Source of the DNA: a virus
Lineage: Duplodnaviria; Caudoviricetes
Length of the DNA: 64,000 bases
Strand: one strand, 5' to 3'
Virus record (IMG/VR): IMGVR_UViG_3300036713_000599
Part shown: in pieces, positions 37,663 through 46,477 of the stretch
Numbering within the stretch: position 1 is the first letter of the stretch
How the letters are laid out: each line of letters starts with the position of its first letter
Notes under the pieces: generated by a model
What the model saw: only the letters and a program-made list of their open reading frames with translations
Database searches by the model: none
What the model was told of the DNA's origin: nothing
Made by a program: the position numbers and the translations under genes

Positions 37663-38154
37663 ATGAACGACTTAGCACGAAGAGTAGCTATTCGGTACCG
37701 GCAAAAAGGTAAAGCTCGCAAGCAGCGGGTCAAACAGTACCGCCGAAACAAAGCTAAGAGCAAGACACAGAATCGCCATTGGCGTCTCAAGAACAAAATG
37801 CAGGTCAAAAGGTACCGCCAAAAGCGAGAGCGGAACCCTCACATGCATGAGCTTAGACGACGGTCGGCGGGTATCATGTTTGACCCTGTGGCCCTTCTTC
37901 CCATACACTTTTGGGACACGAAGGGGGAATTTTCAGGGCAGGTGCGCTCGGTCGCTGTTGACGGAACCTTTATTGACACCATGGTGGACGGGAAACTTAG
38001 GACGTACGACACAGAAGATTTCATGGTGACGTGTGTTGTGATTGATGAGGGAGCCGAGAGAACTTTGTTTGACGTTCTGGATGAGATTCATGGGATTGAT
38101 GCCGAACAAGATGTTTCAGAGTTGATCGATCTTGAGGAAGACATCGAGGACTGA
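37663..38154 (+). CDS. Hypothetical protein with K/R-rich N-half and acidic C-half
   Basis: Starts MNDLARRVAIRY, followed by ~50 aa very rich in K/R. Confidence 0.6.
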   Translation: MNDLARRVAIRYRQKGKARKQRVKQYRRNKAKSKTQNRHWRLKNKMQVKRYRQKRERNPHMHELRRRSAGIMFDPVALLPIHFWDTKGEFSGQVRSVAVDGTFIDTMVDGKLRTYDTEDFMVTCVVIDEGAERTLFDVLDEIHGIDAEQDVSELIDLEEDIED

Positions 38155-38189
38155 GTCGCCTTAATGATCTATTTGTTGGTTTGCCTCTA

Positions 38190-38214
38190 GTAATGGGTTT
38201 CTCAACCCCATTAC
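38190..38214 (+). promoter_or_regulatory. Inverted repeat just upstream of the SD of 38227
   Basis: GTAATGGGTT-TCTC-AACCCCATTAC, 10 bp with one bulge. Confidence 0.4.
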
Positions 38215-38226
38215 AGGGAGATAAAG

Positions 38227-39402
38227 ATGAATCAACAAATCCAATTCAAAGCAGGACAGGTACAAGTATTTGTAGCCACGAGGTCGTTTGCTCTCGGGCA
38301 GAGCGGTGTTACCGTCCCTAGAGGGGCGGAGGTCGAGTTTGATGGCACCAGTGTGTCCTATGCTGGTATGCAGCCAGTTGTGATGCCACAGCTCCGTGGG
38401 GCCCTTCGTACAGGATGGCTCGTACCTGCACAGAATTTTGACCCATGTGCTCCTGAAGCTCGGCCACAACCCGCGGGTATGACTATGAGGCCTGCTGAGG
38501 GGGGCAACCCTATGGATCCTAAGCCTAGCCGTGAGGTGAATGTGGAGGTTGATGCCGAGGCACACGAAGTTGCAAGTGTGGTAGACCACGCCTCTGCGAC
38601 GCGAGAGAGGAATCGAGACAACTATCGTCGTAGGACCTCTAATGATGAGTCCGCTGCTGGGCAGAGATATAGTGGTGTGGTTGTTGAGCATCAGGACGGT
38701 GTCCCAGTTCCGGGCATTTCGTTTAAGACTCCGTCGGGAAAAAAGGCTAAAAGTTCTTCTGCGGATATTTTGAAAGCTGGTGAGCTTATTCATTCTGCGA
38801 GTAAGGTTAAGATACAGCCTGGAGTGGGGCGTAGCCGTGACCAGCTCATTGCTGATGCACGTGCTAAAGGAGTCCCGGAAGAAGAAATCCTTCGATACGA
38901 ACAGGAATTAGCTGCACGTCGGGCAACGAAGCTTGTGGACGCAGATCTTCGGCATCAGGTCGTAGGGCAGGTGCGATCACCTCAGGTGGTGAGCGCTGAA
39001 GGCTTTAAACTCACGCAGAGTGTGGGTGGTGGTACTGAGATCGCAGATCTTGGTGGCACAGGTGGTCAAACTCGGACTGACGTGGTCGAGGAAGATGGTA
39101 TCAAGTTTACCACCACCAATGGGCCGAAAAAGGTAGTTCGTTTCGCTAAGAAGTCTGCGGCTTCCTCCACCCTGGGCGCTGGGTCTGCGGACGATGCTGT
39201 GTGCCGCACCATTGCCCGTTCTGTTTGTTCAGATTTTCCAGACAATTACGTCTTTACTGACCCTACTAGAAAAAAGATCGCTCGGCTTCAGGCAGACTAT
39301 GACGATCGTCCGGATGTCATTCGTGCAGTTGCAGCGGCCGAAACAGACGGCGAGATCAAGCGTCGCCTCGTTGAGGAGTTCCCGGAAGTGTTCAATCGAT
39401 GA
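38227..39402 (+). CDS. Hypothetical virion-region protein
   Basis: 391 aa, SD GGGAG; probable folded N- and C-domains with a disordered middle. Confidence 0.7.
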   Translation: MNQQIQFKAGQVQVFVATRSFALGQSGVTVPRGAEVEFDGTSVSYAGMQPVVMPQLRGALRTGWLVPAQNFDPCAPEARPQPAGMTMRPAEGGNPMDPKPSREVNVEVDAEAHEVASVVDHASATRERNRDNYRRRTSNDESAAGQRYSGVVVEHQDGVPVPGISFKTPSGKKAKSSSADILKAGELIHSASKVKIQPGVGRSRDQLIADARAKGVPEEEILRYEQELAARRATKLVDADLRHQVVGQVRSPQVVSAEGFKLTQSVGGGTEIADLGGTGGQTRTDVVEEDGIKFTTTNGPKKVVRFAKKSAASSTLGAGSADDAVCRTIARSVCSDFPDNYVFTDPTRKKIARLQADYDDRPDVIRAVAAAETDGEIKRRLVEEFPEVFNR

Positions 39403-39530
39403 CTCTGTGTATGGGCACTGTTGGAACTTCCTGGCAGGTTGTCTGTGTGAGCCCTCCCTGGCACCTAACCTACTTGTAAGGCTGCCTTGTTGACGACCCC
39501 TTTCGGGGAGACGCAGCTCAAGGACGCCAC

Positions 39531-40592
39531 ATGTTCGACAAAAGCAAGAAAGCTGGAGCCACGGTCTACCTGGTCGAAGAGTTGAGTGATGCTCGTATGC
39601 GGTGTGACCAACTTATTCGGCAGGTCGGTGATGCGACCCGGTTGGTTGAGGGTAGTCCCCACCGAGAGGCTGTTTTTGAGGCTGCCGGGCACCTTTTGTA
39701 TACGATCCCGCACACACTTTTTCGGCTCCAGAAGGCTCTCCAAGCAGCCGCACTCGCCACGAACAGGCTTGACTCAGAGGAGATCAAATCGGATCTCCGC
39801 CCTGAGAAGGTGCGACAGTTAGAGGACGTTTTGGAAGACGTTAGGATTCGGCAAATCAAGAGACACTCGGAGAATACTATGATTGACCCCAAGGATAGAA
39901 TTTGGAACGCGGACACTCCGATTCCCAGTAAGGTTGCTTTTGACGAGTATCCGAAGATGAATCGGCTTGCTCAAAATATTGCAGTGGCGTTAGACACTAT
40001 CAAAAAAGACGGTGAGGCGCTACTCAAGGAAATAGGTCGTGTCGACATGTCGGGGATTGACACGGAGATGGATGAAGGGGGCTTGAGACGTCTCGTTCAA
40101 GTGGCAAGTAGGGCTCGCAACACCCTTTTTGGTTGGGGAGGGATGACTTTCGTTGACAAATACGCATCAGACGAGGAGAAGGCAGGCCGCTTCGAGGAAG
40201 GTAAGCCAGCGGACCCTACGAAGAATATGTCTCCTGAAGACAAGAAAAAGTGGGAGTATTACAAGGACGAGAATAGGGACGAGTTCAAGAAGAAGGCGTA
40301 CGACTATGGTCGTGTGTTAGCAGGTCTTCCTAAGGCTGAGGTGAAAAAAGTTACGCCTCTTGAACGTAATCATCCTGAGAGTCGTGGGGTTTCAGGGTTG
40401 GCGACCATTGAGGGCTACAAGGGCAAGATAGAGGTTATCCGGGGTCCTAATGGCGGCATCACGACCAGGAACAAAGGTCGGAAAATACCAACCCCTCAAC
40501 AGACAAATGCGGCTATTAAGGCGTTCAAGCAAGCACTAGAAAAGAGCCAGTGGTCTTATGTTCTGGAGGACCACCCAAGCCCCTGGAAATAA
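39531..40592 (+). CDS. Hypothetical multi-module protein punctuated by K-x-A sites
   Basis: KKAG, KVAF, KYAS, EKAG and KKAY separate short modules; an in-frame SD+ATG lies at 39879. Confidence 0.65.
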   Translation: MFDKSKKAGATVYLVEELSDARMRCDQLIRQVGDATRLVEGSPHREAVFEAAGHLLYTIPHTLFRLQKALQAAALATNRLDSEEIKSDLRPEKVRQLEDVLEDVRIRQIKRHSENTMIDPKDRIWNADTPIPSKVAFDEYPKMNRLAQNIAVALDTIKKDGEALLKEIGRVDMSGIDTEMDEGGLRRLVQVASRARNTLFGWGGMTFVDKYASDEEKAGRFEEGKPADPTKNMSPEDKKKWEYYKDENRDEFKKKAYDYGRVLAGLPKAEVKKVTPLERNHPESRGVSGLATIEGYKGKIEVIRGPNGGITTRNKGRKIPTPQQTNAAIKAFKQALEKSQWSYVLEDHPSPWK

Positions 40593-40608
40593 GGTGAAGA
40601 GCCCTTTT

Positions 40609-41412
40609 ATGTCTAGTCCTTTCTACTATGAGGGGCTGCGCGTTCTCGGGGAGTCTGGGCTCCCTGAAGGTCCTCCCGCTCAGAAGGGGGTGGCTATCGA
40701 CCCTGGTATTCCTGGGACGAAGACATATGTCAAGCCACTAGACGACTCGACTTCGCAGCCGAAAGAGGGTGAGCCGTCTGGGAGGGATCTCGTTGACATC
40801 CTCAGGGAAAAGGGTCGTACTGACGAGAATAGTCCTTATTACGACACGAGTTATATGGGGCTTGGTCCTTCGGACAACTCTAAAACAAAGTACCCTTACC
40901 GAGACGGTATACCGAACAGACATAATGCGTCGGCTCGGTTCGCAGTACACCTCTGGTTGTTGTCAAAAACATCTTCAAGGTACTTTAGGTCATCTGAGGT
41001 TGTTAGGGTCGCTGCAACCCAAGAAGAAGTTTTGTCGAACCTCTCTGGGAAAGTGACACAGAAAGCGTCCGCTTGCACTGCAACCCTGAAACGGGCGGAC
41101 ACTAAGAATCTTCGGTGGACCTTTAGCGTGGATTGCGGTAATGGGCCGAAGGCTGTGAAGGTTAAGGCTATTCGCCCAAGAAAGAATGTTACAGCATTTG
41201 GCAAGCTTGAACTTCAGTTGGCATGTTCTTGCCCTGCCTGGCAGTGGCTTGGTCCAGAATACCACGCTAAGGGTCAGAAATATCTCTTGGGTAAGCCCCG
41301 CGGCACTGCGACGACCCCAGATGTCCGTGACCCGGACAGGGTGAACAAGGTATGTAAACACGTTGCTGCAGCCCTTCTTGTCACGAAGGGATGGAAGATA
41401 CCAAAAAAATGA
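40609..41412 (+). CDS. SWIM zinc-finger protein
   Basis: LACSCPAWQW...VCKHVAAAL (CxC-Xn-CxH). Confidence 0.75.
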   Translation: MSSPFYYEGLRVLGESGLPEGPPAQKGVAIDPGIPGTKTYVKPLDDSTSQPKEGEPSGRDLVDILREKGRTDENSPYYDTSYMGLGPSDNSKTKYPYRDGIPNRHNASARFAVHLWLLSKTSSRYFRSSEVVRVAATQEEVLSNLSGKVTQKASACTATLKRADTKNLRWTFSVDCGNGPKAVKVKAIRPRKNVTAFGKLELQLACSCPAWQWLGPEYHAKGQKYLLGKPRGTATTPDVRDPDRVNKVCKHVAAALLVTKGWKIPKK

Positions 41413-41424
41413 AATGGAGATGAA

Positions 41425-41835
41425 ATGCCAGTTTACACGTTTGAGTGCCCTGATGGGACAAGGTTCACACATCGATTGTCTATCGCTGAGTTTAAGGCTA
41501 TTCGCGACGGTGAGGCGGTGTTGTTAGACGAGGACGACAACGATTTGAGGCTTGTGTTCGATCCAGGTAAGATTAGTTTTACTCTCAAGGACGGGGAGTC
41601 AGGTGGCTGGCCTTCTCGAACAAGTAAAGAAAGAGCGTACCGTCGACAGAGGTACGAGGAGATGGGCCAACGGCAGCGAGATCACGCACCTAGGACACGG
41701 CTTGTTCCTAACCACAAGGGCAATATTGCCGATAAGTGGGCTGACGTACAAGACTATGTGCGGACAACCAAGGGGGAAGCTGCTTCCATTTCTTATGATC
41801 GTCTTGTGGCTAAGGAACGGCAGGGAGACACCTGA
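41425..41835 (+). CDS. FmdB-like N-terminal motif protein (degenerate Zn ribbon)
   Basis: Starts MPVYTFECPDGTRF; only one Cys is retained. Confidence 0.55.
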   Translation: MPVYTFECPDGTRFTHRLSIAEFKAIRDGEAVLLDEDDNDLRLVFDPGKISFTLKDGESGGWPSRTSKERAYRRQRYEEMGQRQRDHAPRTRLVPNHKGNIADKWADVQDYVRTTKGEAASISYDRLVAKERQGDT

Positions 41836-42512
41836 TGGCAACGAATATTCGGGAGTTCACGGTTCTTCAACGCCGTGCCAACATGATCGATATAGCCACG
41901 CCTAAGAGAGTGGGTGTGCAGGGGTATCGACTTAAGGCGGCCTTGAATTTTGATCTAGCCTTCCAGACACTCCTTACGGCAGACATCAGTAGCGGTTACC
42001 TGGATAACACTGCTCTACGTAATGGAAATATTCGGAGGGAGTACCTTTCGTTGTCCTCTGGAAGTCGTGTCCGTATTGTCTTTGACCCCGCCACCTTCTC
42101 TGGTGCCCCGCACAATCTAGCCGACGAGAACCATATATGGCTACAGTTCTTTCCTGTAGATTTTTCTGGTGCTGAAGGGGCGGGTGGTGCTAGGACACTC
42201 ATTCTGCCTCCTGATGAAATGATGTCCGATGGTCGGGTTATCATTTCAGGCGACGCTCCTACAGGTGCGTCCGTGGTAAACTCCCGTCGTCTAGATATGC
42301 CGCTTCGGATGGGTGACGTCTATGTGCGGAACAATGAGGCGTCTGGTGGAACTGACCTGTACATTGCGACGGCAGAAGGGGGGCCAGAACGCCCCGTTGC
42401 CCCACAGGAGGAGGCGCGTTTTACGGAGGGTGCCACAGGCACCCTCTTAGTTAGAGGTGGCGGTGGTACGGCCAACTTTACGGCGACCATGACCCATTAT
42501 CTGCCCCTGTAG
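41835..42512 (+). CDS. Hypothetical beta-rich structural protein
   Basis: Coupled start (TGATG); C-terminal VYVRNN..GTDLYIA beta-sandwich pattern. Confidence 0.6.
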   Translation: MATNIREFTVLQRRANMIDIATPKRVGVQGYRLKAALNFDLAFQTLLTADISSGYLDNTALRNGNIRREYLSLSSGSRVRIVFDPATFSGAPHNLADENHIWLQFFPVDFSGAEGAGGARTLILPPDEMMSDGRVIISGDAPTGASVVNSRRLDMPLRMGDVYVRNNEASGGTDLYIATAEGGPERPVAPQEEARFTEGATGTLLVRGGGGTANFTATMTHYLPL

Positions 42513-42529
42513 GGCTTAGGGGGCGTGGT

Positions 42530-42856
42530 GTGTACCTTGTTAATTATCTATCCCTTCAGGCCGCAGACCAACGCTACATAGCAGCGTCTCGGTTCCGAAC
42601 GGGTCAGCAATTAATCGGTCCCAAGGACGGTGTGAATGTTATATTTACAGTGCCCGTTGGGGATAAATTTACACACAATCTCCCGTTCCTTTCCATCCAG
42701 GTGTATTTCAACGGCATGCGACTAACCCTCTTGGACGACTATATGGTCACAGAGAGTGGTGGTTTGGGAACTGGGTACGACACTGTTGTACTAGAGGTAG
42801 CTCCCCTTCCATGGGACCACCTTCTTTCTGATTATGTGGCGGTTGGTTCGCCGTAG
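42530..42856 (+). CDS. Small Ig-like virion protein
   Basis: GPKDGVNVIFT...QVYFNGMRL...DDY...AP...D.L..DY, a pattern common in phage structural modules. Confidence 0.6.
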   Translation: MYLVNYLSLQAADQRYIAASRFRTGQQLIGPKDGVNVIFTVPVGDKFTHNLPFLSIQVYFNGMRLTLLDDYMVTESGGLGTGYDTVVLEVAPLPWDHLLSDYVAVGSP

Positions 42857-42901
42857 TCTTCTTATGTTTCCTCTTTTGGTGAGCCTTGGAAGGAGAAAAT
42901 T

Positions 42902-44842
42902 ATGGCTAGAACATGGATCAGGCAGGACGTTCAGATTGGTAGCACGACGGATACTGTGGCGGGGTACGCGGACACCACCGCTCCGTCCCTGGCGAATTAT
43001 CAGACGAATGCTTCGACTATTACGGACGACCTTAACAATCTTCGTTCACAGGTACACAACCTGTTGAAAGTCCAGTCGGGTAGTTGGTACGACGACATCA
43101 GTACTCCGTCCACCTTTGAGAATGGTGCCAAAAGAGGCGTCGATGGCATTAACCAGGATCTCCATGATTATGAGCGTAAACGTGTTCTTCGCGAAGTATC
43201 TCTCCTGACTGACGTCGCCACGACAGCTGCTGCGAGCGCAACCGGGACCTTGACATTGACCGGTAATGCAGCCGACACTGAGACGGTCACGATCGGCACC
43301 AAGGTGTATACCTTCCAGACGGTTTTAACTGACGTTGACGGGAATGTCTTGATTGGAGCGACTGCAAGTGACTCTCTCGATAACTTAATCGCAGCCATCA
43401 ACCTCGATGCGGGTGCTGGGACTTTGTACGCCACTTCGATGACGGTCAATACCGACGTCACGGCGGCGGCTGGTGCAGGCGACACGATGGACGTTACTGC
43501 GAAGAAGGCCGGTGAGACGCAGAACACGGTTGCTACGACAGACACTGTCACCAATGGTTCCTGGGGTGGGGCAACTCTCTCTGGCGGTGCGGGCCTCGTC
43601 CACATTCTTGGAGGTGGCGAGCTTCCGACACAGACGACTGTTGCTATTGGTACTGTCACGACTCTTGGCACGGTTGCTCAAACAGCATCAAGTTTCGGCA
43701 CCCCTTCCGCGACTGACGCCGTTTCTGGTGCGACAGCTGTCAACCCTGCCAACCTTTTTGAAATTGTCGACGGTTCAACTCGTGATCCGATCCTCGACAC
43801 ATCGGGTCGTCGTATCTGGGCCATGTTCCAGTGTGAGTCTTCGACTGATGGTAGCACCATGACCGGTACTACTCCGAACCGTGCCCAGCTCTCGTTCGTA
43901 GTTCTTAACTCTACCGGCGACGGACTAGAGTTGGTTGACGATGCTTCTGACATTGGATCGAAGACGATCAATTATACTTACATTGAGCGGAAAGCTCTTG
44001 AAGATCTCAATGAGTACGACTTCCTTCGTGGTGCGGCAGTGGATATCGGGTCCGGTGCTGCGACGATTAACCGGCAGGTTGCGTACACGAACCAGGGGAC
44101 TACACCTGTCAACGTGACCACGAACGCGTTCCTTGATCTCGAATCGGCTGGTATTGAGTGGACTGTCCGTGATGACTTGGAAGCTAACCTCTTCCGGATT
44201 ATTGAGGGTTCTGCGGGCGGCACGAGCGAGATCGAGATTGGCGCCAATGTAGACCTCTACGACAACAATGCGGTAGATGTCGATTTCGCTTCTGGTGCTA
44301 CGGTCAATTCGGGCGGCACTCGTCCGATCGACATTGGTGTCACTGACGGTGTTATTGAATCCACGGCCGGCGACCTTATGATCAAGGGTTTTGCTGAACT
44401 TCTCCTTGACGACGCCAACCAAACTGGATCAACTTGGGCCCAAGACGGCATCAAACTTTCTGATACTACGGCTGAGTGGGACACTTTCGAAACGAACTTT
44501 GGTGAGGTTTCTTTGTTGAGCGCCATTAACCAGGCGTACACCGGTACAGTGAGGACGAAAATCCAGGCTACCCTTACTTCTAATGTTACGGCTGGTAACG
44601 ACGTGAATGGCCCCACGTATGCTAACAACACTGACGTTGATCTGGCCCCCTATAACAATGTGACCTTTGTCAGCGACGTAGATGTTGTCCTCAATGGTGA
44701 GCTTCTGCGCAATGCTGTCGGAGCCACTGAGGATGTGTACCCTGGCACATCTCAGTCCCAAGGTGACCTTAAGTTCACCTTTAATCTTAGGGGCGTGGGT
44801 ACCAAACCTGACCAGATTACGGTTATCGTTTACGGTCAGTAG
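42902..44842 (+). CDS. Large T/G/A-rich structural (fibre/decoration) protein
   Basis: 646 aa, SD AAGGAGA; ATGTLTLTGNAADTETVTIGTKVYTF and VLIGATASDSLDNLIAAIN modules; C-terminal V.LNG.LL..D domain. Confidence 0.7.
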   Translation: MARTWIRQDVQIGSTTDTVAGYADTTAPSLANYQTNASTITDDLNNLRSQVHNLLKVQSGSWYDDISTPSTFENGAKRGVDGINQDLHDYERKRVLREVSLLTDVATTAAASATGTLTLTGNAADTETVTIGTKVYTFQTVLTDVDGNVLIGATASDSLDNLIAAINLDAGAGTLYATSMTVNTDVTAAAGAGDTMDVTAKKAGETQNTVATTDTVTNGSWGGATLSGGAGLVHILGGGELPTQTTVAIGTVTTLGTVAQTASSFGTPSATDAVSGATAVNPANLFEIVDGSTRDPILDTSGRRIWAMFQCESSTDGSTMTGTTPNRAQLSFVVLNSTGDGLELVDDASDIGSKTINYTYIERKALEDLNEYDFLRGAAVDIGSGAATINRQVAYTNQGTTPVNVTTNAFLDLESAGIEWTVRDDLEANLFRIIEGSAGGTSEIEIGANVDLYDNNAVDVDFASGATVNSGGTRPIDIGVTDGVIESTAGDLMIKGFAELLLDDANQTGSTWAQDGIKLSDTTAEWDTFETNFGEVSLLSAINQAYTGTVRTKIQATLTSNVTAGNDVNGPTYANNTDVDLAPYNNVTFVSDVDVVLNGELLRNAVGATEDVYPGTSQSQGDLKFTFNLRGVGTKPDQITVIVYGQ

Positions 44843-44876
44843 ATACTAGAAAAATAAATGGAGATGAGGAGGACAT

Positions 44877-45488
44877 ATGGCGAGTGGATTGGACCAATGG
44901 GTCGGTAAGCTGGAAGGCCTCAATGAGATCGGTGAGGCCCTTACCGAACAGCTTCAGGCAGCAGAAAATGAGGTCCAGCAATTCGTTGGCGGCAAACAAG
45001 CTCTCCAGGCAGCGGCTGAGAAAGTCGGTGCCTTGGGAGCTGCTGTCAGTGAAGACTTGGAACAGGGAAAATTGTCTTTTAGTAGCGAGTTGGAGGCGTC
45101 TGAATACATCAAGAAGACGATTATCAGGGCGAGAGAGATTGTGCTTAATTTGGCTGAGGGTGCCAAATCTCGTGAAATTGCGGCTTCCGGTAAGGTTTCA
45201 GCTTTGGGTGTGAGCCGTGGCCTGGTCATACGTCACTGCAAAGCGGCTAAGGTCCGTGCCGAACAACTCACTCAAGCAATTGAGGAGGCTAAGGATCTTA
45301 AAAATCGGTCGGAGGGGGACCTGCCCGAAGAACCTGCCCGAAGAACTTCTCGTGGGCCTGGAGAGCACCCGGGCCCAAGTTCCTTGGATTTGCGACGGGT
45401 CCAGGCTATTGCCGACAAGGTGGTCCCTGACAAGAAACTACCTACTAAGCGGCCAACTAAGGCGAAGAAAACACTAAAGAAATCATAG
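44877..45488 (+). CDS. Coiled-coil protein with basic tail
   Basis: SD GAGGAGG; heptads, then KKLPTKRPTKAKKTLKKS. Confidence 0.65.
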   Translation: MASGLDQWVGKLEGLNEIGEALTEQLQAAENEVQQFVGGKQALQAAAEKVGALGAAVSEDLEQGKLSFSSELEASEYIKKTIIRAREIVLNLAEGAKSREIAASGKVSALGVSRGLVIRHCKAAKVRAEQLTQAIEEAKDLKNRSEGDLPEEPARRTSRGPGEHPGPSSLDLRRVQAIADKVVPDKKLPTKRPTKAKKTLKKS

Positions 45489-45501
45489 GCAGGCTAGTTT
45501 T

Positions 45502-45810
45502 ATGGGTACCCGCGACGAACGTATAGAGGACCTGTTTTATGTCGATTTGACGGCAGACGGTAATCCTACGGAGGAGGGGCAGTCCAGGTTTGTCAGCGGG
45601 GATGTGCTTGCCTACCTTGGCGGTTCTGTGTGCAGTCTGACCAAGATTGTCGTTAAGGATAATGGGGTTGTACAAGGGTCTGTTAGATCAATTGATTTTG
45701 ATTCTAACTTGACTGTAAATGTTGTGGGCGACGAGGTGACTGTCTCAGCGGCGTCTGTTACGGGACTGACCCATCCTCAGGTGATGTCCCGCATTTCTAT
45801 GAGGTTCTAG
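45502..45810 (+). CDS. Small fibre-module protein
   Basis: 102 aa; VVQGSVRSIDFDSNLTVNVVGDEVTV is a short fibre-shaft-like motif. Confidence 0.5.
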   Translation: MGTRDERIEDLFYVDLTADGNPTEEGQSRFVSGDVLAYLGGSVCSLTKIVVKDNGVVQGSVRSIDFDSNLTVNVVGDEVTVSAASVTGLTHPQVMSRISMRF

Positions 45811-45815
45811 ACAGA

Positions 45816-46475
45816 TTGATGATCATTCTAGATTCCTCAACCAAAAAACTAGAAATCAATCTAGGGTCTGTTCCTACTTCCGAGCTACCGTGGGTGGCCA
45901 ACTGGGCAGACCACACGCTTACTACGTTCGTTGCTGCTGAGGCCGACGGGCTCACTAACGGTACGACCCCTGTGACGGTGGTGGCGGGCCCCGCCACTGG
46001 CAGCACTCAGCGCCAGGTCAAGTTCCTTTCTGTGCATAACTTGACCGCGGCTCGACAGAAGGTCACTGTTCAGGTGGACAACAGTGGGGCGAAACGCATC
46101 ATCCACGAATGCGAGCTGGCTCCTGGGGACCAATTACACTATATTGACTCAGACGGTTTCAAGGTACTCGACTCGAATGGTGCTTTGCGGACAGCATTGT
46201 CTTCTGGAAGCGCGTCCACACTGGAAACCAAGTCTGGTACTGTCCTTCCTGGTGCTTTTAGCGGGTTTCCGAAGAAGGCGACTGTGGTTTTTTCGGTTGC
46301 TTATTCTAGTGCGGCTTATGCGGTAACATTGTCGCCTTTGACTGCTGGGGTACGTACATATGCTCCTTCTGTAGAGAACAAGACGGCATCAGGGTTCGAC
46401 GTGAACCTTCATAGCTACGGCGTATCTGACCTTGTAGAAATCGATTGGCACACGATTGAGACAGGAGAAGAGTAG
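45816..46475 (+). CDS. Fibre-associated protein with C-terminal H-type-lectin-like sandwich
   Basis: The C-terminal ~70 aa align with the C-terminus of 46478..48259 (ATVVFS.A...A.YAVT....G.R.Y.P...N.....FD..L.S...L....W). Confidence 0.6.
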   Translation: MMIILDSSTKKLEINLGSVPTSELPWVANWADHTLTTFVAAEADGLTNGTTPVTVVAGPATGSTQRQVKFLSVHNLTAARQKVTVQVDNSGAKRIIHECELAPGDQLHYIDSDGFKVLDSNGALRTALSSGSASTLETKSGTVLPGAFSGFPKKATVVFSVAYSSAAYAVTLSPLTAGVRTYAPSVENKTASGFDVNLHSYGVSDLVEIDWHTIETGEE

Positions 46476-46477
46476 AT

